Positions 36,771 through 50,318 of a DNA stretch of 64,000 bases are shown piece by piece. Origin of the DNA: Mobula hypostoma. Its lineage: Eukaryota. Within the stretch, counting starts at the first letter, position 1, and each line of letters begins with the position of its first letter. The DNA lies in contig NC_086118.1 in NCBI RefSeq assembly GCF_963921235.1, positions 13,022,001-13,086,000 of the forward strand, read 5' to 3'. The translations under genes were made by a program, and so were the position numbers. The notes beneath the pieces are model-generated. The model ran no database searches. It was not told where the DNA came from and worked only from the letters and a program-made list of their open reading frames with translations.

Positions 36771-39700
36771 TTAAATTTAAAATATGTAATTGAAACATAA
36801 ACAAATATTAGAGATCTTGGTTGGGCTGAGAACGTGATAAGCAGAATTAGGGAGCTGAGAGTGTGGAGGATGCAGAGATAAGTTAATATATAAATAGATC
36901 AGAGGGACATTAAGGAAATACTTTTTCTTCCAAAGGGTAGTGAGAATCTGGAACTCACAGCATTTAAAATCTCATCACATTTAAAATCTCTTTAAATGAG
37001 CACCCATTACCTACAGGGGTTTAGGACCAAGAGTGAAAAGTGGGAGCATTTACATTGCTCTGATTTTGATAGATGTGCATATGATGGAATGATCTACTGG
37101 CTGCTGTCCCTTAACTTTAAATGGTATCATTTTGGTCTTCTTTGTTTCTGATGGTTTGTTTTTGAATTCTGGAGTTTACTGGAGAATACGGAAACTACAG
37201 GTAACACAATAATTTCTTCAATTCAGATTGTGGAAAGTAAATACGTTTAGCAAGTTATTCTGAAATGTGCCTCAGTCCCAATTGGAAGGATACAGTGAAA
37301 AGGGAATGTGATGATTTAAGGAAAGCAGAAAGGTGATGACTGCCAGGCTTCATATTAATCTGATCAACCAACACCACTTGTTGATCTTGGCAATCATTTA
37401 ACCTCTAGTTTATTTAAAATCTCTCTGATAAATCCAAATATTTAACAATTGGCTTAACATTTATTTGTGAAAAAGTTTGCCAAACTTCCACCTCCACTGA
37501 AAGTAGATTTTTTTTTAACATCACTGAAACAAGGGATGGTTAAAATTTTTTTATCCTTAAACAATCAACCAAATGAAATTTACCATGTCAATTCTCACTA
37601 ATTTAATGAAAGTTTTCTTATCATCTCTCAGCCCCCTTGAGGCTAGCAAGCAGGGTCTTAGTTTGGGCATACTCCCAGTTTTACCCTCGGAGTCCAGATA
37701 TCATGCTATATCTTCTGCATTACATTCTTTCCAAGAGCAATCATCCTCTCAGAATATAGCACAAAACATATTCCAAACATGCCCTGAATAGGTTCTGCAG
37801 AAGGCTCATTCTCTCCAAAAAAACTGTCCACCTGCCCTTTTCCAGCACCTTCTGCTTATTTTTTATGATTTCCACAGATGTTTGGATACTTGTAATATTC
37901 TGGTATGCTGATGTTAAGATTGGAAGTCAATTTTCCTTTCTGATTATTTTCTCTACCTGTCCACAAGACTTTAATGACTGTGAATGTTTATTTGGAGTTC
38001 ACTGTTTTGCGATTTAGGAAACACTTGATTTAATCTTTTTGATTCAGAGTGGATGAACTCATATTTGATTATTCACAACTTATTAAAATCTTTTTGAAAT
38101 TAAATTTTTTCAACTACACTGTTTAAAACTCTATCAATCAGCAAACGTTTATTTATTCCATCACCTAAGTCTATGGTGAAAATGCCGAATAACTACAAAA
38201 CCAGACAGATTCCTGTAGAATGATTTTAGTGACTTTCCAGCAGTAAGTGCTCTTGCTTATTATCCCTGTTCTCCTGTTGCCCAGCCAGTTTCCCAACTGG
38301 GCCAATAATTGCCTTCAATCCCATAAACTTCAGCTTGAGCTAATAGTCTCTTATGAGGGCTTTTATCTAATGTTCAGGAAAGTCCATATAAATAACATCC
38401 ATTTACATCTCCTTGCCAAATGCTTTCATTACATCTTCGAAAAAAAACAATGACTTCATGAAGACTCAATCCTAATTAAAAACAAATTATAACTTTAACG
38501 GAAGGACAATGAGCAATGAAGAGGATAATGAAGCACATCACAGAGGTCTTTTGTTAAAGGGGGATACAACAAAGAAGCAGGTGGTTTTGGAGACAGGTTT
38601 TAATGTCCAAAGAGCATTGCTATTTCTAATGCAAAAGCCTTTGAATAGGATGCTGGAACAAACAACTTATTTCTATGTTACTTTTGATTAATTTCAGACA
38701 GTGGAATGAGACAATTCATCATTCAATTAAAGTTCCTTGCTGTAAGTAATTATTGAGAAATATTAATCAAGTTTCATTAATGTATTTCCCTTCATGAGCT
38801 TTTAAAAGGAAAAGGAAAACTAAAAGACTATTTCATCACAGTTGCGAAAGATCAGTTTGATTTTGCATCCATAATGTATTTAACTGGAAGAGAAAATTTA
38901 TCAGTTAACAACTTCTTAATTATTTGGGTTACTTTTTGAAAATTCTATCGATAGCGAGAACTGATAATTCCTTCTCATTCACAAAAGCTAGATAAAATCT
39001 GAGGGTAATGACTGGGCTCACAAATCATTATAGCAACTTGGCAGAGACAGCAATGATGTTCACTTTTGAGAGTATCCAGATAAATTGTTAATGTGTTTCC
39101 AAAGAACGTGCATGAAATCTCATTGCCTTACCAGCATAAATATTTGCAGCCAGTTCTTCGACATTGCCACAGATGGTAACAGGAGAAAGTCTTACTCCAT
39201 TTCAAATCAATTCCATAATTGCCAATAAAACTCTTCACTCTGCAGATGTTATCAAATATCTCATCCTAAGTACTTAATAGTGAAGTGACTGATGCAATTA
39301 AACCACAAATTCAAATTCATTTGGTTCAAATGACCTGATGAATACATGCAAGCAATAGATATCAATTACAATACTTCTGTTAAATGATGGAGAACTTGAA
39401 GTTATATTTAGTAAAAAAGGAACGGCAGATGTACAGCAATGTATTGGATCAGATCTTATACGATGGTTTTGGTAAATGATTAGCTGTTCAAAGAGAGGCA
39501 GAATTATTTAATAATTGCCAAGTCTAGTTATTATTAGTTCCATCTGTAAATATGGTATTCCTGTTGTGGTAGCTAATCTCTGTCAAAGTTCTTGTTGCTG
39601 ATCATTTCTCAGCAAAGTAGTCTTTGGACATTGCTGCACCAGATTCAAAATTATTTGAGCGCACAGATGGGAAATGGCCATATAGGTGATGCAATCATGG

Positions 39701-40054
39701 ACAGTACGACACACTTAACAACAGGCCACAGGCACATGATAACCTGAAAGAAAATGATAAACTCAAGTCAAACCTGGAATAGATTTACTAGCCTGGTAAA
39801 TTTGGAAATTTATACATTATAAATGTCTTATAAATATTATAGATGTATTATTTATACATATGGGAATTACATTCATTAATATGTAAGCACTGGATTAATA
39901 AACCTGGTTTAAGCTTGATAAATGATCATGATAAAATTGTATTGTTTTGCACAACTCTTGCCAGCATTTTTCTCAGTTCCTCTCAGGCCCTTTACTCCCT
40001 CTTAGTTTTATAACCACTGCATTGTGTAATTGATTCAGCACAAAGACCACGGGA

Positions 40055-40520
40055 CCATAAGGTATAGGAACAGAATGAGGCCATTTGGCCCATGGAGTCT
40101 TCTCCACCATTTCATCATGGCTGATCCATTTCCCCCTCAGCCCCAATCTCCTGCTTCTTCTCTGTATCCCTCCATGCCCTGACTAATCAAAAACCTATCA
40201 ACCTCTACTTAAGTATACCCAATGACTTGGCCTCCAAAACTGAGTGTAGCAACACATTCCATAGGTTCACCACTCTCTGGCTAAAGAAATTCTTCCTCAT
40301 CTCTGTTCTAAATGGAAGTCCCTCTGTTCTGAGATTGTGCTCTTTGGTTCCAGACTCTCTCGCTATCGGAAACATCCTCTCCACATCCACTCTATCGAGG
40401 CCTTACAACATTCAATAGATTTCATTAAAAATCCTCCTCATTCTTCTGAATTTTAGTGAGTGCAGGCCCAGAGCCCTCAAATACTCCTCATATGATAAGC
40501 CTTTTAATCCCTGAATCATT
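40055..40520 (-). mobile_element. CR1 3' fragment
   Basis: RMFP..FRTEMRKNFFSQRVVNLWN. Confidence 0.85.
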
Positions 40521-40789
40521 TTGACACCATGTGTCTATGCCCCACTATTAAGTGTGTATACATTGTGCATGAGTACATCAAGTATATGGTTATTTTCCAT
40601 CTGTGAGCTCAAATAATTTTGTCTGATACAGCAAGACTTGCTTATTTTATCAATGCCCACAGTTTCAGGCATAGCCTGCATTTATCCCTGGCATTAATAC
40701 GAAAGGCTAAATTTAATTAAATCCCGTGCAACTTTTTAAGTGGTCACAGCAATTTTAAAATGGTTAACTCTTCCACAATATCATTGTAC

Positions 40790-41030
40790 TGACACATCAG
40801 CACATGCAAACCCCTAAGAGTCAAAGAAACGTAAGCCAATAGAATTCAAAGGTCAACTGAAGGGGTAGCCAATCAGGACTGAGGCAAGTGAACGGGAGCC
40901 TATATAAATGCAAGCACACTTAGAGAGGAACACCAACAACTGCTCACTCAGGATGTCACCTTGACAGGCGATGAAATGACTGCAAGCTAATAGCCAAACT
41001 CGGGAAACACCGCAGCATCAAACATCACCT
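40790..41030 (+). mobile_element. Penelope-like element terminal (pLTR) remnant
   Basis: Two CCAAT boxes, TATATAAA, then a degenerate hammerhead-like core. Confidence 0.45.
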
Positions 41031-41629
41031 TATTGTTGAACATTTGCACAGATAGCTAATTTATGGAATGAAGTAGAAGCAGCAACCGATTACTAAAGAC
41101 TGATGAGTTCTAGGCAGCCTACTTTAGAAAACACTTTGAACTTCAAGTCATAGCTCTTTGGAATAGCAAAGACATTTGGTACTGACATAAGGTGACTAAG
41201 TCAAGTAGCTTATGGAGCTGCACTCAATCTCATCCAGCAGCCTTTGGAATTCTCAATTCTGTTGTTCGTTCCACCACGTTAAAGCATATGTAGATATTTT
41301 CAAAATATTGACACCCTGAAAATGAACACTAGTAAGTAATTTTTAACCAAGGGATCAATAGAGTTGTGGAGAACTATAATTCACAATACTGGACAAATCA
41401 GTTGAGACTGAAAGGACAGTGATAAATGTAAAGCTGAGAATAACACAGAATGCCTGTGCAAAGAAAAACAACAAGGGAATTTGATCAGCGTAGGGAAATG
41501 GCTACAACAATACTTGGGTGGGTATCCAGAGAAAAAAATTTAAATGGTTAAAACAATGAAAATATATGGTTCTATGAAGAGCTAAGTAACAAGAGAAGCT
41601 CCTAGAAGACAAGCAAGATGAACATACGT

Positions 41630-43572
41630 GATAACATGCATTCTTCACTGTGAAGGACGCCAACAGTATGCCAGACGTTTGTGTGTATAGTCACTATTAC
41701 TAAGCAGAAGATCTGAAGGTATATAGGTCACCTGAGCCACAGTGACCACACCCCAGGGTTCTGAAAGAGATCGCTGAAGTTATTGTGGACACATTAGTAG
41801 TAAATTTTCAAGAATCACTCGGTTCTGGAATGATGCTGGAGGACTGGAAGACTGCAAATGTCACTCCCTATTTAAGAAGGAAGGGGGTAAAATATAGGAA
41901 ATCATAGGCCAGTTAGGCTGACTTTATTTGTTGTTAAGGTACAGGAGTTGATTATTACAGATGAGATCTCAGGGTACTTTGAGGCAAAGGACAAAATAGG
42001 CCGAAGTCAGCATAGTTTCCTTAAGGGAAAAACTTACTTGGTAAATCTGTTGGAATTCTTTGAGGAAATAACAGAGAGGATAGTCAAAGGAAAGCCAGTG
42101 GATGTTGCTTACGTGAAATTTCAGAAGGCCTTTGACAAGGTGCCACACAAGGTTGCTAATCAAGATAAAAGCCATGGTATTACAGAAATGATACTAGCAT
42201 AGAGAGATGATTGATTGACTGCCAAAAGGCAGTGAGTGGGAATAAAGGAGGCTTTTCTGTTTGGCTGCTGGCGACTAATGGTGTTCTGTAGGGGTCAGTG
42301 TTGGGATTGCTTCTTCTCATGTTATACACCAACGATTTGGATGATGTAATTGACGCAGTTTGCTGATAACACAAATATAGGTGAAGTGGCCGGTAGTGTT
42401 GAGGAAGCAGAGTATGCAGAAGGACTTTTTCCCAGGGCTGAAATGACTAACACGAGAGAACACAGTTCTAAGGTGCTTGGAAGAAGTTACTGAGGAGCTA
42501 TCAGGCCTAAGTTTTTTATGCAGAGTGTTGTGAGTGCGTGGAATGGGCAGCCGGTGACGGTGGTGGAGACGGATATGATAGGATCTTTTAAGAGACTCTT
42601 GGGTAGGAACTTGGAAAAATAGAGGGATAAGGGTAACCCGAGGCAATTGCTAAAGTAAGTACATGTTTGGCACAGCATTGTGGGCCAAAGGGCCTGCATT
42701 GTGTTGTAGGTTTTACTAAGTTTCTATGCTTCTACAACTTAGACAGATTGGGAGAATGGGTGAAGAAGTAGCAGATGCAATATAGTATAGGAAAGTGTAT
42801 GGCCATGCCTTTTGGTAAAATGAAAAAAGGTGCAGACTATTTTCTAAATGGGGAGCAAATTCAGAAACCATAGATGCAAATGGAAATTGGATTCTTGATG
42901 CAAAATTCCCTAAAAGTTAACTTGCAGGTTGAGTCGGTGTTAAAGAAGGAAATGTAATGTCAGCATTCATTTTGAGAGGAATAGAATATAAAAGCAATTA
43001 TATAATGCTGAAGTTTTATAAGGCAATGGTCACATTGCACCTGGAGTATTGTGAGCAGTTTTAGGCACTTCTCTGAGAAAGTGTGCTGGCGTTGGTAAGG
43101 GTCCAAAGGAGGTTCACGAGAATGATCCCGGGAGAGAAAGGGTTAACATATGAGGAGTGTTTGATAGCTCCGGACCTGGACGCTGGAGTTTAGAAGTTTG
43201 AGAGTGGATCCTATTGAAACATATCAAATATTGGAAGGACTGAGAAGAGTGGATGAAGAGAGGATGTTTCCTTTAGTGGGGGAGTCTAGCACCAAAGTGA
43301 AGAGAGCGATGTCCATTTAAAACAGAGATGAGGAAGAACTTCTTTAACCAGAGTGGAATTCATTGCTACAGACAGCTGTGAAAGCCAAGTCAATGGGTAT
43401 ACACAAATTGAGGTTGATGGGGTCTTGATTAGTTAGGGTATCAAACATTACAGGGAAAAGGCAGGAGAATAGAGTTGAGGGGGATAATATATCAGCCATT
43501 ATGGAACCGAAGAGTAGACTGGATGGGCCAACTGGCCCTAATTCTTCTCCTATGTCTTATGGTTCAATGGTC
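41630..43572 (+). mobile_element. Decayed CR1 RT, interrupted by another CR1 3' fragment at about 42420-42735
   Basis: EDWKTANVTP, NLLEFFEE and FQKAFDKVPH; coding resumes as LDRLGEW after 42735. Confidence 0.85.
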
Positions 43573-43594
43573 TAATAGACAAGGGAAATACATA

Positions 43595-43900
43595 CAGGAC
43601 TTTTCCCCTGTGGTTGGCTGGGATTATAAATAGCGGTCACAGAGAAAGGAGAAATTCTTAAGGGGCAATTGAAGAGGAACTTCATCACTCAGTGAGTGGT
43701 GTGAGTGTGGAATGAGTGCCAATGAAACTGGTGGATGCAGATTCATTTGCAGCATTTAGAAGTTTGGATAGATATACGGATGAGAGAGGTATATAGGGCT
43801 ATGGTCTGGGTGCAGGTTTGGTCTCAGACTAGTCATTAAAACAGGTCAGCTTGGACTTAATGGGCCAAAGACCCTGTTTCTGTACTGCAGTGCTTCATTA
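43595..43900 (+). mobile_element. Decayed CR1 3' fragment
   Basis: ttcactcagtgagtggtg..tggaatgag and gggccaaagaccctgtttctgtactg. Confidence 0.7.
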
Positions 43901-44727
43901 CAAACAAAAGAAGTCTCTGTACTGATCTTACCTTATTGAATCTCCCCTCTCAGCATAACCTTTCCATTTCATTCTTTCCTCCGTTAATCATGTTCCATCA
44001 GCAAAACTTTCTGGTTCTGACAAAAGCGCAAATTTCAAAGTTTAAAGTAAATTTATTATCAAAAGTACAGTATATTTCATCTTATACTACACTGAGATTT
44101 GTTTTCTTTCAGACATTCACAGTAGAACAGAAACACAATAGAACCAATGAGAAACTACACACAATGATTGACCAACAACCAGTGTGCAAAATAAGACAAT
44201 CTGTGCCAAAATATAATAATATACCAATAGTAATGATAATTATCCTGATGGTAGTAGAAACAACACAGATATAGAGCCTTTGTAGCTAGCTGATGGTGAA
44301 GCTGAGCTTATAGACAAAATTATGCTAACATTCAACACCACACTAACAAAATACAGGAGCTCTGACCCAACATAAAGAACCTACATACCAAAACAATGCA
44401 CGTAATCAAAATTTGCAAAAATTATTAATACTCTCAACAATACAATATCACCAATATATATAGGAATACTTGAAACAGTTGAAGAACTACACACAATAAC
44501 ATGCTGCACAACATTAATGGCAGTGCAGTAGAATGACTCCAAAATAGAGGCACTCGTGAGTAGAATCCCAAAACGGAGTAATGAAATGAGAACACTGAAA
44601 TAGCAGAAGAGATTAAGAACCAAAATTGAAATGTTAAGAGCTTAAATAGCCCACATAATGGAGTATACACTGGATAACCTGAGAAAGAAAGCTAAGAGAG
44701 TAGCTAAGGAAATATATGATCAACCTT

Positions 44728-44946
44728 GTGGGTGGTGACATAGTGGCATCAGCGCCGGACTTTGGAGAGAAGGCTCCCGAGTTTGAATCCAGCAGGCTCC
44801 CTTGCACGTTTTCCATCCATGCTGGGTTGAGTGTCGAGCTAGCAACTTGGCCTCATAAAAATAAGAAAGCCTGCTAAAAAAATAAACGCCATGATAACAG
44901 CGTCCCGATGACTCCACTCAGAGTTAAGGGCTTTCTTCTTCTTCTT
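44728..44946 (+). mobile_element. tRNA-derived SINE with (CTT)n tail
   Basis: A-box-like TGACATAGTGG (44736), B-box-like GTTTGAATCC (44781) and CTT repeats; absent from the other R4 copy. Confidence 0.7.
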
Positions 44947-45374
44947 GAAACATTGTTGAATTCATAGATTCAGTAAAACAAAAGCTTGATGCATACAAAG
45001 CTAGACTAAATAGATTCATGAAATGTACTTGATGAAGAAAACAGCATTATCTGCTCAGGAACAATGAGAAAAGCTTATACGGGACATTGAAACTAAATTT
45101 GACACTCCAAAATGTCGCTAACCTTAACACAAAATTACCAGCAAACACAGTGATAATGAACTTTTGATCTAATATCTGCTCAAATAGGACAACACACAAT
45201 TTAGAAGGAAGCTGGATTAAGAAACGAAAAGAACGCATTCACACAATTGAAGTTATGCAAATACCTAATATTACAATGGATATGCTAAAAGCTGCTACAA
45301 TCAATACCCACAACTGGGAAAGTACCGGCTATGATAATATTCATAATTTACTTGCCTTCATCTACTTGCTTTTC

Positions 45375-45770
45375 AGAGATTAAGGGAGCTAGGGCTTTAC
45401 TCTTTGGAGAGAAGGAGAATGAGAGGAGACATGATAGAGGTGTACAAGATAATAAGAGGAATAGATAGAGTGGACAGCCAGCACCTCTACCCGAGGGCAC
45501 CACTGCTCAATACAAGAGGACATGGCTTTAAGGTAAGGGGTGGGAAGTTCAAGGGGGATATTAGAGGAAGGTTTTTTACTCAGAGAGTGGTTGGTGCGTG
45601 GAATGCACTGCCTGAGTCAGTGGTGGAGGCAGATACACTAGTGAAGTTTAAGAGACTACTAGACAGGTATCTGGAGGAATTTAAGGTGGGGGCTTATATG
45701 GGAGGCAGGGTTTGAGGGTCGGCACAACATTGTGGGCCGAAGGGCCTGTACTGTGCTGTACTATTCTATG
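45375..45770 (+). mobile_element. CR1 3' fragment
   Basis: ORF 45404-45715; near-identical to 7608-7990 and 52250-52645. Confidence 0.92.
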
Positions 45771-47081
45771 TACCTACTAATACATATGAACATTTTTTTA
45801 GATCATGAAAAAGTGCCTGAATTTTTGCAGAAGGTAAAACATAACTCTTACATAAAGGAGAAATCACAAATGACCCATTAAGAGAGCATCCTATTACTTG
45901 TTTACAAACTATATATTAAATTGTAACATCATGCATCTCACAACATTATTTGATTCTGTCTCACACTCATGGTTAATGGAGTTCTTGATATATGTATATA
46001 ATACTTGTGAAATTCCTACAACAGCTGATGAAACATGGCATACTATAATAACCCTATTTATTGACAAGCAAAAATGAACAAACACCATTATCAAAATAAA
46101 CTGAAGCATTTCTTCAGGGTGACTCTTTAAGCCCACTATGGTTTTGTGCAGCTTTAAACCAGCTTTCAAATTTACTGAAACAGACGAAAAATATGGTATC
46201 AACTCAGAAACAACTGAACGGATTATATCTTGTAATGCTTTCTGTACATGGACAACTTGCAATTAAAGACTTCATTAGTAAAGCTAAAGCTAATTCAAAA
46301 AGTAGAACTATTTTCTAAAGATATAAACATGAACTTTGGACTAGATAAGTGCAGAATATTAAAAGCAAAGAAAGGTGCAATAGAGCTAGTAGAATATAAA
46401 ACAGAGCAGCAGGATACAATAAAACTGATGGGAGAATATGAAACATATAAGTATCTGGGATATCAACAAGGAAAGATGATAGATAAAGATAAAGGGAAAA
46501 TTTTTGGCAGAATTTACTTCAAGGGTTAAGTAAATCTGCCAAACAGAGCTCAATAGTAAAAATATAACAAATGGAATAAACACTTTCACTATATTAACTA
46601 ATTCTTTTGGCATAATATCTTGGTCCAAAACAGATCTGAAAAATTTAGAAAGAAATATCAGAACTGAAATGACGATTTTTAGAAAACATTATGTACACAG
46701 GACAGAAAGAGGAAGAAAAATAACCAACATAAAATATTTACACAGAAGTCATATAAGATTTCTAAGGATTTACTCTCATTAACAAAAACAATATTCAGTA
46801 TTCCACTTGAGCATATACAACTCTGATAAGAAATACATCCCACTGAACTTAGATTAAAGCACAAACCTGAAAAATGAAGAAATTATCACTACAGTAGAAA
46901 AAGCTAACCAATAGACGAGCATAACTCTCAATGGAAGAACTGGACAGACTAGGTATTGGCAAGAAAACATCGAATACTTGGCTCAGAATTGGAAATGTCT
47001 TCTCAGAAACAGGTGGATTTCTTGTGGCAATGCAGGACTAGGAGGCTAACACAAAAATATTATCAAAAATACATAATAAAA

Positions 47082-48741
47082 CTTAACGTATTCTACGCCA
47101 GATTCGACCAGAAGAGAAACGTCCCGCTCCCTCCGGATGAACCGGACCTGGTGGCATCGAGATTCATCGTCACCGAAGAGGACGTTAGAAGGGCCTTTCT
47201 GAAGATAAATCCAAAGAAGGCGACAGGCCCAGATGGCGTCCTGGGACGGGTTCTCCGGGCCTGTGCAAGCGAGCTAGCTGGAATATTTGCTGACATCTTC
47301 AACTGCTCCTTGCTTCAGTCTAAGATCTCCTAGTGCTTTAAGAAGGCAACAATAATCCTGGTGCCGAAGAAGAGCAAGGTGGCATGCCTGAATGACTATC
47401 GACCTGTGGCTCTGACATCAATTGCTATGAAGTGCTTCGAGCAATTGGTTATGGTACACATCAACCACAGTCAACCTGTCAACCTCGATGCTTTGCAATT
47501 CGCCTACCGGAGCAACAGGTCAAAGGCAGATGCCATCTCTCTGGCCCTACATTCCTCCTTAGAACACCTGACACACATGTAAGGCTCCTTTTCATTGACT
47601 ACAGCTCTGCCTTTAATACTATCATTCCAAATAAACTGATTCCTAAGCTCCGGAACCTGGGCCTTAGCACTCAGATCTGCAGCTGGATCTTCAACTTCCA
47701 CACAGACAGGACCCAGGCTGTAAAAATACAGGACAAGCTCTCCTTTACAATCACTCTGAGCACCGGTGCCCCACAAGGCTGTGCACTCAGCCCTCTGCTG
47801 TACTCACTATACACCCATGATTGTGTAGCTAAATTCCCATCAAACGCAATATATAAGTTTGTTGATGAGACCACAATTGTAGGCCGTATGATGAGTTTGC
47901 ATACAGAGAGGAAATTAAGAACCTGGTGGCATGGAGCGAAGACAATAACCTATCCCTCAACGTCAGCAAGACGAAGGAATTAGTTGTTGACTTCAGAAGG
48001 AGTAGCGGACCGTACGACCCCATTTACATCGGTGGTGCGCAAGTGGAACAGGTCAAAAGCTTTAAGTTCCTCGGAGTCAATATCACAAATGACCTGACTT
48101 GGTCCAGCCAAGCAGAGTCCACTGCCAAGAAGGCCCAGCAGTGCCTTCACTTCCTGAAAAAGCTAAAGGAATTTGGCCTATACCCTAAAACCCACACTAA
48201 TTGTTATAGATGCACCGTAGAAAACATTCTTCTAGGGTGCATCACAACCTGGTATGGAAGTTGTCCTGTCCAAGACTGGAAGAAGCTGCAGAAGATCGTG
48301 AGCACAGCCTAGCACATCACACAAACCAATCTTCCGTCCTTGGACTCACTTTACGCTGCACGCTGTCGGAGCAGTGCTGCCAGGATAATCAAGGACACGA
48401 CCCACCCAGCCAACACACTTTTCATCCCTCGTCCCTCGGGGAGAAGACTCAGGAGCTTGAAGACTCATATGGCCAGATTTGGGAACAGCTTCTTTCCAAC
48501 TGTGATAAGACTGCTGAACAGATCCTGACCCAGACCTGGGTTGTACCTTCCAAATATCCGGACCTGCCTCTTGTTTTTTTTGCACTACCTTACCTTCCCT
48601 TTTCTATTTTATATTTATGATTTATAATTTAAATTTTTAATATTTACTATTGATTTGTACTCCAGAGAGCACAAAGTGCAGAATCAAATATCGCTGTGAT
48701 GATTGAACGCTCTAGTATCAATTGTTTGGTGACAATAAAGT
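47082..48741 (+). mobile_element. 5'-truncated Rex1/Babar LINE
   Basis: [45 protein letters not shown] and FKFLG; 6-bp TSD ATAAAA (47076-47081 and 48742-48747). Confidence 0.92.
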
Positions 48742-49869
48742 ATAAAAGTCCCAAATATTGAAGATTATAAATGCAGAAAATGCCAGGAGAAACCAGACAC
48801 AATCCAACGGGATCCTGCAACAGTTGAACTCAATCTGATTACTTATACCGAGCAAACATCAAACCTTACTATAAATACAAGCCTTATCCAGTTTTAGAGT
48901 CAGAGACCCACAAATTATCTTATGATGGATCCTTTATTACAGACAGAACAGCCCATGATAACTGTCTGGATATAATACTACAGGATAAATAGGCAAGAAC
49001 AACTTACTTCATAGATATAACCATTCAAAGCACACATAACATACAGAAATCAATAAGTGAAAAACAGCAGAAATATGCTGAATTAAAAAAGGAAATTGAA
49101 AGTCTACAAAACATGAACAGAGTATACATGGTCCTAATAGTAATAACTAAAATTGGTATCATCCCAAAATCACCAGATTCGAGCCTTAAGCAATTAGGGC
49201 TTTGCAGCAATATTTATGTAAATCACTAGCAAGCCACAATATTAAACACCACTAGAACAGTCCAAAATTTCCTAACATTGAGAAGTGAGTGTGCTTGGCT
49301 ATGGCTGTATCTCAGGTTTTACCAGCATGAGCAGAGAAAAAAGATACAATAATAATATTACTAACAATAAATAATGAGAACATGACTTGTAGAGTCTTGA
49401 AAGTGAGTGATTAGGTTGTGAAAACAATTCAGAGTTGAGGTGAGTGAAGTTATCCATGTTGGTACAGGAGCTTGATGGGTAATGCCTGTTCCTGAACTTG
49501 GTGGTGTGGGACCTAAGGCTCTAGTACCTCCTTCTTGATGGCAGCAGTAAGAAGAGAGTATGTTCTGAATGGTGGATATTGCTTTCTTGTGGCAGCACTG
49601 CTTGTAGATGTGCTCAGTGCTGGGGTGGTCTTTGCCTGTGATGGACTGAGCTGTGTCCATTACGTTTTGTAGGCTTTTTCATGTTTTAGCATTGGTGTAA
49701 TCAGTTAGGATACTCTCCACTGTGTATCTATAGAAGTTTGGCAAACTTTAACCCAAACCATGCTAAAAGGTTAACAACATTTTGTCATGAATCATGACAA
49801 GATTTTAAATGAACCCAGTCTTCCCCAGAGTTGCTGCCTCAGCTGCAGAGTGCTCCCTGCATTTTCTGG

Positions 49870-50318
49870 GGATTTACCAGGATACTGCATGCATTAGAGA
49901 TTGTGTCTGATGAGGAGAGGTTGAGTGAGTTAGCCCTTTTCTCTTTGAAGTGAAGGTTGATGAATGGTGACTTGATAGAGGTATACAAAGTGATGAGCAG
50001 CACTAAAAGAGTGGACAGCCAGAGCCTTTTCCCAGGGGGATAACATGAGAGGGCATTATTTAGGATGATTGGAGGAAAGTATGGTTGGTTGTAAAGTTAG
50101 GTTTTGTACACAGAGTGGGAAGTGTGTGGAACACACTGCCAGGGGTAGTGGTACAGGGAGATTCATTAGGGACTTTTAACAGACACTTAGATATTTACAT
50201 GGATGAAAGAAAAAATAGGGAGCTATGTGGGAGGGAAAGGTTAGATTGAACTTGGAATAGGTTAAAAAATCATGGCTGAAGAGCCTGTACTGTGTTGTAC
50301 TACGCTATGTTCAATGTT
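49870..50318 (+). mobile_element. Older CR1 3' fragment
   Basis: FTRIL, GDLIEVYK and VWNTLP remnants; CR1-type 3' UTR. Confidence 0.8.

Larger units (their letters stand above)
44230..49350 (+). mobile_element. Decayed R4/Dong-clade RLE retrotransposon with three nested inserts
   Basis: QGDSLSPLWFC, LYMDNL, FSKDINMNFGLDKC, YKYLG, SFGIISWSKTDL, CRKCQEKPDTIQ, LDIILQDK and EKQQKYAELKKEI; TAA-rich ends. Confidence 0.85.
44030..49745 (-). mobile_element. Rex1-type 3' fragment (44030-44225 + 49350-49745) split by an R4 insertion
   Basis: Tail and AATAAA at about 44040-44060; ORF-end remnant MDTAQSITG.. at 49361-49660. Confidence 0.65.

Noticed and set aside
44736..44800. tRNA gene
   Set aside because: No complete cloverleaf; it is the head of a SINE with a body and tail.
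46956..47333. Novel chimeric protein ORF
   Set aside because: Chance read-through across the R4/Rex1 insertion junction.
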